Shown: positions 39,804-49,639, numbered from the stretch's first letter. The stretch: 64,000 bases of DNA from Candidatus Hydrogenedentota bacterium (GCA_963668025.2 CAXXTH010000023.1:386225-450224), one strand, 5' to 3'. Notes: generated by a model not told the origin, from the sequence alone. Numbers and translations: made by a program.

Positions 39804-39943
39804 GTAACACTTTAGCCGACTGAAGTAGCATCCTGATATTTGGCGGCCTTGTTTATTGCCTTACGCCGGTATTGATACATTATTTTGCATCTGAAGACCG
39901 ACGAGGGCGCCGGTCATTCTTCACCACTTGGCTAAAGTGTTAC
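39804..39943. mobile_element. Intact 140-bp MITE
   Basis: Perfect 14-bp TIR GTAACACTTTAGCC/GGCTAAAGTGTTAC flanked by the 8-bp direct repeat GGATATTT. Confidence 0.9.
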
Positions 39944-40295
39944 GGATATTTAAAGGGTGAAGTTCTGCTATTACCGCTCCTGGAAGAATGCATCGTGCGA
40001 CGCACTGAAGAAATAACCCAAAACCACCTATTTGCCATCCCTTTTCGCGGGGATGGCGATGGGATTGAGTTTTGCGCGACAAATAACGAATTCACGACTC
40101 TTGAATACTCCAATTGGTGAATGAGCAGGAACGCGGATTCGGTACAAAATAGATGGTTTCCTAACGGATTGGCAAAGGTTGCCCATCCTTATCCAGCGAT
40201 TCGGGAAAAAGGCGGAAAAATTTCTAATCCGCGTTTCCGGTGCTACAATAAGGCATCCGAATCTGAGGGAATTCGCGGAACTAATCGAGAGGAGA

Positions 40296-42254
40296 ATGCC
40301 GGTTATGGAGACTCCACGCGTGTTTCGGATTGTGTTGCTAGTCCTGGGATTATGCGCCGCTTTAGCTTTCCCTGCTTTGGCCCAGCCCGCTCAAGGCAGT
40401 GAAGCACCGCCGTTTAAAGCGACGGATGTGCATGGGCAGGAGGTGGACCTTGCCAAACCGCTGCCAGGGAATCCGGATTTGATTATCTTGCTCTTTTTCT
40501 CGATGGAGACGGGCAAGGAGATGGCGGAACAACTCAAACAGGTGGATGGGCGGGAGCGCATCCAAGTCGTGGCCGTGGGCCATGAAGCGGAGCGCGAGGC
40601 GCTGCGCCAGTTCGCGGAGGAACAGGGCATCTTGTATTACGTCATTCCCGAGACGCCCGACGCCAACATGGAAGAAAAATATGGCCCGTTCCAGGTGTTG
40701 CCGCTCACGTATATTATTGCGGCCGAGCCCGGAAAAGACGCTTCGGCTGACGCCCTCACGGTGCTGAAAGTGCTTCATGGCGGCGGTGCCGGGCAGGCGG
40801 GAGTCATTAATTACTTGGCCCAGCTTTTCTTGTCGAAACGCCAAGCCGACCTGGCGGCTTCGTTCGCCGGAATGGCCAAGGATGCCGGGGAGGACGCCCG
40901 CACCGCCGAGGAAACCGCCGCCTATGCGCATGCCTTTAAAGGCGATACCGCCGGGGCTAAGTCTGAATTCGAACGTTTGGGCGCGAAGGATGGCCTTGCG
41001 TATGTAGCCTTGGCTGAGGGCGATGCGAAAACCGCCGCCGCGTTGGCGGAACAGGCCGGACCCGAAAATGGCTTCGCGCGGACCATCAAAGCCAAGGCCC
41101 TCTTGCGACAGGGCGACACGGCTTCCGCCGCCACGGCGTTCGAGCAAGCTTCCCGCCAGCCTGCGGCGGATTGGCAAAAGGCCGAAGCGCTCAATGGCCA
41201 TGGGCGGATGCAGCAGCAGCAAGGCAAGCTCGATGAGGCTTCTTCATGCTACCAGCAAGCGGGCGCGTTGAACCATTATGATGCGGCTTCCTTGAGCAAT
41301 CTCGGCGCGGCTTTGCGAGAGAAAGGCGATCTGGCGCGCTCGGTGGACGTGCTCGATGCGGCAGGCAAGCGCGGCATCGAAGACCCCCTTATCGCTGTTA
41401 TGCTCAAGCAGGTTCAACAAGAGCTAAAGTCCAGCGGGGACACGGCGCGCCGGGAACAGATCCGCGCGCAGATCACCGACCTCGAAGCCCGGTATAAAAG
41501 CCAAAAGGCCGCAGGCGCGGATAAGCCCGCCGACGAGTGGACTACGAAGCCGATGATTGTGGCTTTCTTGCCCGGACAAGGCGCGGGCGGGGTATTCTTC
41601 GAGCGCGCGGGAATGGACACGGCGCTCCGGCGCGAAGTGGCCGCACAGGTGGATGAGAACAGCCGCATCACCGTCGTTGACCGTGAAATGCTCGATACAC
41701 TGTTGCAAGAATTGAATCTGGGCAGCTCCGAATTAGCCGACCCGGCTACGCAGGCGCGGCTGGGCAAGGTGTTATCCGCCCAATTGCTTGGATTCGTGGA
41801 TTTCGCGCGCGCGGGTTCTGACAACGCCATGTTCGTGCGCATGGTGGACACGGAGACCACCTCCGTAGCCTGCCAGGTGGTGCGCAATATCGCGGAGGAG
41901 GCCGATTTGGCGGCGTTGGCCTCCGATATGGCGGACGAATTGGCGAAAACGCTCGAGGCAAAACGCCCAGTGCAAGGCCTTATCGCCGATACAGGCAGCG
42001 GCGAGGACGGCATCCTAATCAATCTCGGCAAGGCCTATGGCCTTGAACCGGGGCAAACATTTGAAGTGCTCGAGGAAGGCAAGCCCGTGGAAATCGGCGG
42101 AAAAACGCTCCACCGTAACATGGCCCCCATAGCGACGATACAAGTCAAGTCCGTTGAAGAAGAACTCGCTTCCTGCGGCATGATGCCCGGCACGCTTCGC
42201 GAAGGCGCGAAACTGGCCAAGGGCATGAAGGTGCGGGAAGTCCAAGGCAAATAA
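40296..42254 (+). CDS. Exported redoxin-like + TPR + CsgG/FlgT-like protein
   Basis: Signal peptide; 'GSEAPPFKATDVHG'; TPR helices; 'VVDREMLDTLLQELNL..LGKVL'; 'INLGKAYGL'. Confidence 0.7.
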   Translation: MPVMETPRVFRIVLLVLGLCAALAFPALAQPAQGSEAPPFKATDVHGQEVDLAKPLPGNPDLIILLFFSMETGKEMAEQLKQVDGRERIQVVAVGHEAEREALRQFAEEQGILYYVIPETPDANMEEKYGPFQVLPLTYIIAAEPGKDASADALTVLKVLHGGGAGQAGVINYLAQLFLSKRQADLAASFAGMAKDAGEDARTAEETAAYAHAFKGDTAGAKSEFERLGAKDGLAYVALAEGDAKTAAALAEQAGPENGFARTIKAKALLRQGDTASAATAFEQASRQPAADWQKAEALNGHGRMQQQQGKLDEASSCYQQAGALNHYDAASLSNLGAALREKGDLARSVDVLDAAGKRGIEDPLIAVMLKQVQQELKSSGDTARREQIRAQITDLEARYKSQKAAGADKPADEWTTKPMIVAFLPGQGAGGVFFERAGMDTALRREVAAQVDENSRITVVDREMLDTLLQELNLGSSELADPATQARLGKVLSAQLLGFVDFARAGSDNAMFVRMVDTETTSVACQVVRNIAEEADLAALASDMADELAKTLEAKRPVQGLIADTGSGEDGILINLGKAYGLEPGQTFEVLEEGKPVEIGGKTLHRNMAPIATIQVKSVEEELASCGMMPGTLREGAKLAKGMKVREVQGK

Positions 42255-42297
42255 TTTATCGGAAATAGGGCGTCCGGCGTCTCTACGCATACAGAGG

Positions 42298-42380
42298 GTA
42301 GGGTGGATTTTTTTTGATTTCCGTGAGGTTTGCCCCGCCAAAGCATATAACGTTGAACGGTGGGGCAAGCCCCACCCTAC
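42298..42380. repeat. REPIN-like inverted pair, family B
   Basis: GTAGGGTGG...TTGCCCCGCC (interrupted left arm) facing GGTGGGGCAAGCCCCACCCTAC. Confidence 0.75.
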
Positions 42381-42461
42381 TATATTTTAAGAGCGGCCGC
42401 CGTCCTCGCCGGTCATTTATCGATATTTGCCTGAGTTGATTCCCATATAGAAAAGGGTGCG

Positions 42462-43592
42462 ATGCGGATTCTCGTGTTGAATTATGAATACCCGCCCTTG
42501 GGCGGCGGGGCGGCGCCCGTATGTCGGCAGCTTTGCCATGCTTTTGCCCAGCGCGGCCATGGCGTGGATGTGGCGACCATGGGATTCAAGGGGCTTCCGG
42601 CTTATGAAGAAGACGGGCCGGTGCGGGTGTATCGCGCACCCGCGTTTCGGAAACGCCAGTTTTCCTGCGAAACCCACGAGATGGTTTCCTTTGTTGTCTC
42701 GGCGCTGCCGCGTGTGATACGCCAGCTCCGCTCCGGCCAATATGATGTGGTTCATTGTCATTTCATCATACCCACCGGCCTGCTGGCCTACGCGGCCACC
42801 CGGGTGGCGCGCGTACCCTATGTGCTCACGGCCCATGGTTCGGATGTGCCGGGCTATAATGCCGACCGGTTTGTGTATGAGCATTATTTCACAAAGCCCT
42901 TGCTGCATTTGATTTTACGCAACGCCGCCTTGCGCGTGGCGCCTTCACGCTATTTGGGGCGGCTGCTCGACGCCAATGTGGGGCCGTACGGTTTGCTGCA
43001 TATTCCGAACTGTATCGACACCGACCATTTTACCCAGCGTCCCAAGCAGAAACGTATTCTGATGACAGGCCGGTTGTTGCGGCGCAAAGGTTTTCAAACC
43101 GTTTTACAGGCACTGCAAGGCATTGAGACGGACTACGAAGTCCACATCAGCGGTGAAGGCCCCATGCGGAGCGAACTGGAAGCACTCGCCAAACAAGTAA
43201 AGGCCCAGGTGATTTTCCATGGCTGGCTCGGAAAAGAGACCGCCCAGCTCCGCGAGCTGTATGAGACCGCAGCCATTTATTGCCTGCCTTCCCAGCGGGA
43301 AAACGCTTCGATGGCCTTGCTCGAGGCCATGCTTGCGGGCGCGGCGGTAATCTCGTCCAACGATACAGGCTGTGTGGAAACCATCGGCGATACGGGGGTG
43401 TTGCTTCCTCCGGGAGATGTGGACGCGATGCGGCGCGCCTTGCAAGAACTGCTCGAGCATCCTGAAAAAGCGGCGGAATTGGGGGAAAAGGCGCGGAGCC
43501 GGGTCCTCGAACAATACCGCCTTGACGCGGTGGCGGACCAATATTTGGCGGCTTTCGAAACGGTATGCCGCGCAAACGGGGAGAAGAGTTAA
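42462..43592 (+). CDS. Glycosyltransferase family 4
   Basis: NYEYPPLGGG, HGSDVPG, GRL..RKG and ENASMALLEAM. Confidence 0.92.
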   Translation: MRILVLNYEYPPLGGGAAPVCRQLCHAFAQRGHGVDVATMGFKGLPAYEEDGPVRVYRAPAFRKRQFSCETHEMVSFVVSALPRVIRQLRSGQYDVVHCHFIIPTGLLAYAATRVARVPYVLTAHGSDVPGYNADRFVYEHYFTKPLLHLILRNAALRVAPSRYLGRLLDANVGPYGLLHIPNCIDTDHFTQRPKQKRILMTGRLLRRKGFQTVLQALQGIETDYEVHISGEGPMRSELEALAKQVKAQVIFHGWLGKETAQLRELYETAAIYCLPSQRENASMALLEAMLAGAAVISSNDTGCVETIGDTGVLLPPGDVDAMRRALQELLEHPEKAAELGEKARSRVLEQYRLDAVADQYLAAFETVCRANGEKS

Positions 43593-43833
43593 AAAGTATA
43601 TTTGCGCGGGAAATCCGCCGTTGTGTGGAAGGGTGTTTTCATATCAAGATGCAATCCATATGATGTGCAACTTTGTGCATGCCGCTTGGTATTACAAAAC
43701 GGATTGCGGAATCTGGGCCGATGGCATCCATAAGTAAAGCAGAATGCGAATTGCCCATTCAAGAACATGCATGCCTGTCGATCCGCCTGCCTTAATGGAG
43801 ATTAGCCGCCAAACAACGGAAAGGTCGTATGCG

Positions 43834-45174
43834 ATGAAGAAGAGCATTTTGTTTTCCTATGTATTTGGCGCATGGTGCCTCCTGTTCCCGATTCTGGCTC
43901 AATCGGAGAAACAAGAACCGCCCGCGCGCACACGGGTCATTGTCACCACCGATGGCGAGGTGGATGACCGTTGTTCCATGGTGCGGTTTCTGTTGTATGC
44001 GAACGAGTGGGACATCAAAGGGCTGATCCATTCGAGTTCGATACACCATTGGAAGGGCGATGGCGCAACGCCCGCACATCGATGGGATCCCGAGGTTTGG
44101 CTCGATAAGCAGATTGATGCCTACGCGGAAGCGTATCCCAATCTGCGGCAACATGATGCGGCGTACCCTGCTCCAGAATACTTGCGTTCCCAGGTTTTCG
44201 TGGGCAATATCGCTCTAGAGGACGATATGCGCGAACCTACCCCGGGCTCTAGTCGGATCGTGGAAGTCCTATTGGAGCCGGATGAGTCGCCGGTTTGGTT
44301 GCAAGCTTGGGGCGGCTCCAACACTATTGCGCGGGCGCTCAAGACGATCCAGGAAAACCACCCGGAGCGCGTAGTAGAAGTAAAGAAGAAAGCGCACCTT
44401 TATCTCATTACCGAACAAGACAATACCTTGAAAACATACATTCGTCCGGAATGGCCCGGCATGCAGATCTTGCGGAGCGACAGGCCTTCGTTCGAGGCGC
44501 TCGGGTATGGCTGGCAGCAGGTTCAATCTGAAGCCGTGCAGCGGTATTTTGACGCCGCCTGGATGACAGCGAATATTTTACAAAATCACGGCCCACTGTG
44601 TTCCATGTACGAAGCGGACGAAGGTGGCCGGTTTCTTTCAGAAGGAGATTCGCCTGCGTTTTTGCATATGATTCGTACTGGCTTGCGCAGCGAGGAAGAT
44701 CCCAGTTTCGGCGGCTGGGGCGGGCGCTTCATTGAGGATGCGGGAATCTGGAGGTCCACCGATGTAAACGGCGTCGAACCGCACAGCATTTTGCGATGGG
44801 CGGCGGACTTTCAAAATGATTGGGCGGCCCGCGCGGATTGGTGTGTCAGGAGTGTCAAGGAGGCGAATCATCCTCCTGTAGTGAAAATAAAAGGGCCCCT
44901 GAATCAAACGGTCCACGGGGGGCAAATCGTGAAGCTGAACGCGAAGCCCACATCCGACCCAGATGGAGATTCCTTTACGTATCGATGGTGGCACTATCAA
45001 GAGGCGGGAACGGCTTCCCCTGTCGATATCTCAAATCCAACATCGCGAACCGAGGCCAGCTTCACCGTACCGGCCGAGCCGGGGAAGACCATTCACATCG
45101 TATTGGAAGTCAGTGATGATGGTGCTCCGCCCTTGAAACGCTGGCAGCGGCTCGTGTTTGCCATTGCGCCTTGA
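43834..45174 (+). CDS. DUF1593 (nucleoside-hydrolase-like) secreted protein
   Basis: TTDGEVDD.CSMVRFLLY, WGGSNT, EGDSPAF, GGWGGRF, QNDWAARADW and SDPDGD. Confidence 0.85.
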   Translation: MKKSILFSYVFGAWCLLFPILAQSEKQEPPARTRVIVTTDGEVDDRCSMVRFLLYANEWDIKGLIHSSSIHHWKGDGATPAHRWDPEVWLDKQIDAYAEAYPNLRQHDAAYPAPEYLRSQVFVGNIALEDDMREPTPGSSRIVEVLLEPDESPVWLQAWGGSNTIARALKTIQENHPERVVEVKKKAHLYLITEQDNTLKTYIRPEWPGMQILRSDRPSFEALGYGWQQVQSEAVQRYFDAAWMTANILQNHGPLCSMYEADEGGRFLSEGDSPAFLHMIRTGLRSEEDPSFGGWGGRFIEDAGIWRSTDVNGVEPHSILRWAADFQNDWAARADWCVRSVKEANHPPVVKIKGPLNQTVHGGQIVKLNAKPTSDPDGDSFTYRWWHYQEAGTASPVDISNPTSRTEASFTVPAEPGKTIHIVLEVSDDGAPPLKRWQRLVFAIAP

Positions 45175-45262
45175 CAGGGGTATTTACTGTAATTAAAACG
45201 GTTTTTCTGTTCTCTCGTGCGGTTGTGAAGAGCATTGCCCCTTTTTCGAGGATAATATAACT

Positions 45263-45297
45263 TCCGGCGGAATCCCTTGATTGGAAACCGCCGGAAA
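45263..45297. terminator. Hairpin between convergent genes
   Basis: TTCCGGCGG...CCGCCGGAA. Confidence 0.55.
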
Positions 45298-45321
45298 TCT
45301 ACTGCGAGTGGAAGGAGGTCG

Positions 45322-46059
45322 TTACGCAGTCAAGCTAAGCGTACTCGTGTTGGCCGCCGAATAGCCGCTCGACTCTTGATACATGCTCATTAACTGTTGC
45401 ATCAGACTGTTCGAGCTTCCCGTAGAGGTAGTGCTCTCGGTGGAGCTATCCTCTTCTTCTTCCGTGGGAGGTGGAGGAGGAGGTGCGCCCGGACCGCCAG
45501 AAGCATCGACGCTATTTTGGAACACACTCTGGAAACTGCCTTCTTCGGCTTCGCCTGGGCCGGTGGCTCCCGAATCCATCTCGGACTGTATGGCGCTCGA
45601 CAGTTCATCCGCGGATATGACGCCATCGCCATTCGTATCCGACGCGCTGAAGTTTTCAGATGAAAGGCCTTCCAGCTCGGTGCTGCTTAAGGAGCCATCG
45701 CCGTCCGTATCCAGCGTTTCAATCATTTTGCTGGAAACATCCGAAGCGGCTTGAGCCGTATCCATACCGCCCGCGCCTTCAGGAGGCGGTGCTGGCATAG
45801 ACTGCTGCTGTTTTTGAAGCGCGGATTTGATCTCGTCTTGGGTCATCAAACCATCCGAATCCGCGTCAACTAATTGGAAGGTGTCTTGGGATAGCCCACT
45901 CGCCTCCGTGTTGCTCAGGGCGCCATCCCCATCGGCGTCGAGCTGACTGATAAGATTGCTCGAAAAGGTGTCCAGACTTTTCGAGGAATTCGCTGATGCG
46001 CTCTGAGTCATGCTCGCATAAGCGCTGTAACTATTTCCGCCAATAGCAGAAATATTCAT
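45322..46059 (-). CDS. EF-hand calcium-binding protein (four loops)
   Basis: DADGDGALSNTE, DADSDGLMTQDE, DTDGDGSLSSTE and DTNGDGVISADE; PPPP linkers. Confidence 0.88.
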   Translation of the reverse strand: MNISAIGGNSYSAYASMTQSASANSSKSLDTFSSNLISQLDADGDGALSNTEASGLSQDTFQLVDADSDGLMTQDEIKSALQKQQQSMPAPPPEGAGGMDTAQAASDVSSKMIETLDTDGDGSLSSTELEGLSSENFSASDTNGDGVISADELSSAIQSEMDSGATGPGEAEEGSFQSVFQNSVDASGGPGAPPPPPPTEEEEDSSTESTTSTGSSNSLMQQLMSMYQESSGYSAANTSTLSLTA

Positions 46060-46109
46060 CTTCCTTATCCTCCATGTTTAGGAAGCGCCATACCATGGCA
46101 TCAAGCCAA

Positions 46110-46136
46110 GGTTCGGCCTAATACACACTTTTCTTA
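46110..46136 (-). promoter_or_regulatory. Putative sigma28 promoter
   Basis: Minus strand TAAG-N15-GCCGAACC; same geometry as the flgM promoter. Confidence 0.5.
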
Positions 46137-46924
46137 TTTGGATTTTATTCATAATCCATAGGCCTTCCTCCCGCACCTTGTTTTCCGAGCTGAAAATACT
46201 GCCCTTTACTCCATTATTAAAGTGCCGGTTGGCAATGCAAATGTTACAGGTGGCCTTTTTGGGGGGGAAATAGAAGCGCCAGCGCCGCCTGGCTCGAAAA
46301 ACACGAATTGTGCGATAACAGCCAGAAGGCAAGCGGGAAAATTGTATAGCTACGTAAAACCTTCATATATTTTCCACGAATTGTTCAAGAGTGATATGGC
46401 ACACTCTAAACACCGGTTGAGGGCAAGCAACCCGAGGCCAAAATATTTAGGCGCGCTAGACTGGTTGTGCGCGAAACGAAATTCAGGGTATTGAAAATCA
46501 GGAGGCTATATCATTTATAGCGCGCCAGGCGGAATCGGTGGCGCGTGGGCGCACAAGCGCCACTGTAATCCGCCTGAAAGAGAAGTACACTATCTAGGAA
46601 TGGCGATTCCGCTACGAATGTTTCCCTAATACCCCGATTCATCGGCTGGCATACAGGAGCATTCAAGCGTTTCGCATAGCGTGGGACGGTGGTTTGCGGA
46701 AAACGGGTCGGTTGGCCGCATCCCTGTTCCACGCTATTCGTTTTTTTTAGCAAAGCGGCAATGAGGCGTAACACGCCGCCCAAACAGCCCAAAGCGCCAG
46801 CGCAGGGGGGAATTTCAGGATATACATTTTCCCAGCAAGCCCAGCCGTGGCTAGACACTTGACGGAGTAGGGCGGCATGTGGAACATACAGGCATGCAGT
46901 TTAGAATAGGCAAGGAATAGGGGA

Positions 46925-47305
46925 ATGAAATATTTGCTCATCGGCTTAGGCGGCGGCATGGGCGCGCTGGCGCGCTATGTGGTTTCCGGCTGGGGCCAGG
47001 CTATCGCGGGCGGATTGTTTCCATTGGGGACGTTCATCGCGAACGTAGTCGGATGCGTCCTGATTGGTTTTTTCGCGGGGGCGTTTTCCGGGCCGATTCT
47101 GATCCGGGAGGAATACCGCATGGCCATCGTGGTGGGATTTCTAGGCGGATTCACCACCTTCTCGAGTTACGCATGGGAGACGTTCGCCATGCTGAATGAC
47201 GGCCAATGGGTAAGGCCGTTAGCCAATATCATGCTGAGCAACCTCGCATGTTTGGCCGCTGTATGGGCGGGGTATCGTGTCGCGGAGAGGCTATATGGAG
47301 GATAA
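46925..47305 (+). CDS. crcB: Fluoride channel Fluc
   Basis: GALARY, GTFIANVVG and GFLGGFTTFSS. Confidence 0.95.
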   Translation: MKYLLIGLGGGMGALARYVVSGWGQAIAGGLFPLGTFIANVVGCVLIGFFAGAFSGPILIREEYRMAIVVGFLGGFTTFSSYAWETFAMLNDGQWVRPLANIMLSNLACLAAVWAGYRVAERLYGG

Positions 47306-47309
47306 GGCC

Positions 47310-47639
47310 ATGCGCATCCCGGAACAAGGCCATCTGCTGCGGATTTTTATTGGTGAGGCCGACAAATGGCACGGGCGGCCCCTATATGAGGCCATCGTGA
47401 TGAAGGCGCGCGAGATAGGCATGGCGGGGGCCACCGTACTGCGGGGGCCTCTCGGCTTCGGGGCGAAGAGCCATCTGCATTCCGCATCTATTCTGCGATT
47501 ATCCGAAGACCTGCCCATGGTCATCGAGATGGTGGATAGCCGGGAACGTATCGAACAGCTCTTGCCGCACATCGACGAAATGGTGCAGGAAGGCCTCGTC
47601 ACACTCGAGGCCGTCCAGGTGATCAAGTACCGCGCCTGA
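47310..47639 (+). CDS. DUF190 (PII-like) protein
   Basis: LRIFIGE, AGATVLRG..GFG and SEDLP; usual crcB partner. Confidence 0.92.
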   Translation: MRIPEQGHLLRIFIGEADKWHGRPLYEAIVMKAREIGMAGATVLRGPLGFGAKSHLHSASILRLSEDLPMVIEMVDSRERIEQLLPHIDEMVQEGLVTLEAVQVIKYRA

Positions 47640-47667
47640 GGCGGATTAAGGATTAATGGAACTGCTT

Positions 47668-47808
47668 TCTGGGGAACCCTTTCTTTCGCAGGAAGGGTTC
47701 CCCAGACCCTTCCCTAAGAACCTCGATTTTGCTTCGCGTACTAAGCACAATCAAAAGTTTTTGGAAAAAGGTGCGGGGAGAACCTTTTTTCAAAAAGGTT
47801 CTCCCCGC
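47668..47808. repeat. Double-hairpin intergenic element
   Basis: TCTGGGGAACCCTT/AAGGGTTCCCCAGA and GCGGGGAGAACCTTTTT/AAAAAGGTTCTCCCCGC. Confidence 0.7.
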
Positions 47809-47842
47809 TTTCCATGGCCGGAATGCCCATTGTCACAATGCC

Positions 47843-48997
47843 CTAATTGGCCGCCGCCTTCTTCTCGCATTGGGCGTTATACTCGTCCACGATGCGGCCC
47901 ACGGTGCGCACCCGCTCGATGTCGCCCGTGCTAGATATCTCGTCCGATATCCCCAGGATCAGCTTGGGCGCAAACAGGCGGATGATTTTCTCGACGCTTT
48001 CAATCAGCAATTCTTCTGGGAAAATCGTATCGAAATAGACGGCGGGGACGCCATCGATCAAAAACATGTCATCACCCAAAGCCTCTTTAGTCTCTTCGAG
48101 CGTCACGTCGCCCTGCGGTTTCGGCGTTATGGCTTCAATGCCATCCAGCCCCGATGTGCGGGCATAAGGGAACAAACTACGGACACTTCCATCCCAATGC
48201 GAATGGACGAATTTCCCCGCTTGATGCAGCTTATCGCAGCGTTCGAGATATGCGGGCAGGACGTATTGTTCATATAGATGCGGCGTCAAGGTCTCGCAAT
48301 GGAGGTTGTCGCCGAAGTTGATCACCTCGATGGGTGAAGCGTTGATGACCTCAATCAGGCGCATATGGCTTTTGTGAAGCGCCTGAAAATACTCCTCCAC
48401 CACGGAGCCCCAGCCATAAATGGCATAGATCGCCTTTTCGACGCCCATGGTGTTAATGAAAAGGTCTTGCACACTCACGCGCGGCATGTACATGGTGGGC
48501 AGGCCCAAATCGCCCCACTCCTCCATTAGAGCGTCATAGCGCTCCTGGTCAAAGGTCCATTCGGTATGGCGGGCGCGCCAAGCAGCCACGCGCATTTCCT
48601 CTTCCGAATCGATGGAGCCTTTGATACGGATGAGGGCCGGGCTGGTGGGCGTTTTACGGCGAATCTCGAATTGCCCGCCCACGGGCGTCTCCACGGCCTC
48701 CTTGTAGTCGGTCTCGCTGATATCTTCACGCCAAATACGCACGCGGGGATCTTCACGCGGGACGAAGCAGGCGTTGAACACATAGAGCCGCGACGAGCAT
48801 TTCAACTCGCGGTACATGTCCGGCACGCTCAAATGTTCAAACGGCTCGGGCAAGGCTTCGCCAGCGAAGCGCTTGTCCGTGATCCAACATTGGATGCGCG
48901 GCTGCCAGATGATTTTGCCGTTTGATTCCCCGCGCACCACTTGCCGGTGCAATTCAGGCAGGCTGATAGGGGCATGGCCGATGGGGTTTCCTTGCAT
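47843..48997 (-). CDS. URO-D family protein
   Basis: NFGDN, HSHWDG, IEAITPKPQGD and LGISDE. Confidence 0.75.
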   Translation of the reverse strand: MQGNPIGHAPISLPELHRQVVRGESNGKIIWQPRIQCWITDKRFAGEALPEPFEHLSVPDMYRELKCSSRLYVFNACFVPREDPRVRIWREDISETDYKEAVETPVGGQFEIRRKTPTSPALIRIKGSIDSEEEMRVAAWRARHTEWTFDQERYDALMEEWGDLGLPTMYMPRVSVQDLFINTMGVEKAIYAIYGWGSVVEEYFQALHKSHMRLIEVINASPIEVINFGDNLHCETLTPHLYEQYVLPAYLERCDKLHQAGKFVHSHWDGSVRSLFPYARTSGLDGIEAITPKPQGDVTLEETKEALGDDMFLIDGVPAVYFDTIFPEELLIESVEKIIRLFAPKLILGISDEISSTGDIERVRTVGRIVDEYNAQCEKKAAAN

Positions 48998-49052
48998 GGG
49001 TGTACCTCTTTTTCGTACAGCTTGTTTCATGGCTTAAAAAAATGCAGTGGCA

Positions 49053-49108
49053 TGCAATACGTATTGCAATTCTGGCAGAAAATAGCATTGCCTATGACGA
49101 CTTGTCAA
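49053..49108 (-). promoter_or_regulatory. Sigma70 promoter plus palindromic LacI-type operator
   Basis: Minus strand TTGACA-18 bp-TATTTT followed by the perfect palindrome TGCAATACGTATTGCA (49053-49068). Confidence 0.6.
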
Positions 49109-49345
49109 GGCTGACATCTCATTAAAATGGGTATTCGCAAATAAATGTAAGATATGAAATGCTAGACGGGATAGGTGTAAAAGAAATACGTATTTCAGAA
49201 AAGCGCGCCTTCTAGGCAACCGGCGGTTTAGGGCGGCATGGATGCCAGGTATCTCGAAGGGACATTCCAAAACAATCCGGCATGAATGGAACTATTTCAA
49301 AAAATCTCTTCTTCTACTTCCCACAGGCTTACGCATCTACTAATC

Positions 49346-49446
49346 ATGGGAGATCCCCCGGCTTTGACCGGGAGGAAGTAGCAGTTTGATATTTGCGCGA
49401 GTCCATCGCAGAGACACCGAATCGTGAGCCGCCAAAGCACACAGGA
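49346..49446 (+). mobile_element. Probable IS200/IS605-type end relic without tnpA
   Basis: ATGGGAGATCCCCCGGCTTTGACCGGGAGG hairpin and following sequence resemble Y1-transposase element ends (recalled, not searched). Confidence 0.45.
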
Positions 49447-49639
49447 ATGAATGGCACGCGGATTTGGCTTGCATGGCGTGATCAATCGACCTATCTACGC
49501 AAGACAATAATTTCTAGAATTTTTTGACGAAAGTGCTATTACAGAGTTAGTGTATGGGCAGACAGCCGTATTGTGGCTAAGCATATGAGAATACATTGGC
49601 CAACAAATGTGTTAAGAATATGTAAACCTGAGGGTTGAC

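Noticed and set aside
46590-46924. Fluoride riboswitch upstream of crcB
   Set aside because: GGAATGGCGATTCC is only superficially similar; the downstream GCTRATGAC..CTRC element was not found
49454-49470. Sigma54 promoter TGGCACG...
   Set aside because: The -12 TTGC is not at the required spacing
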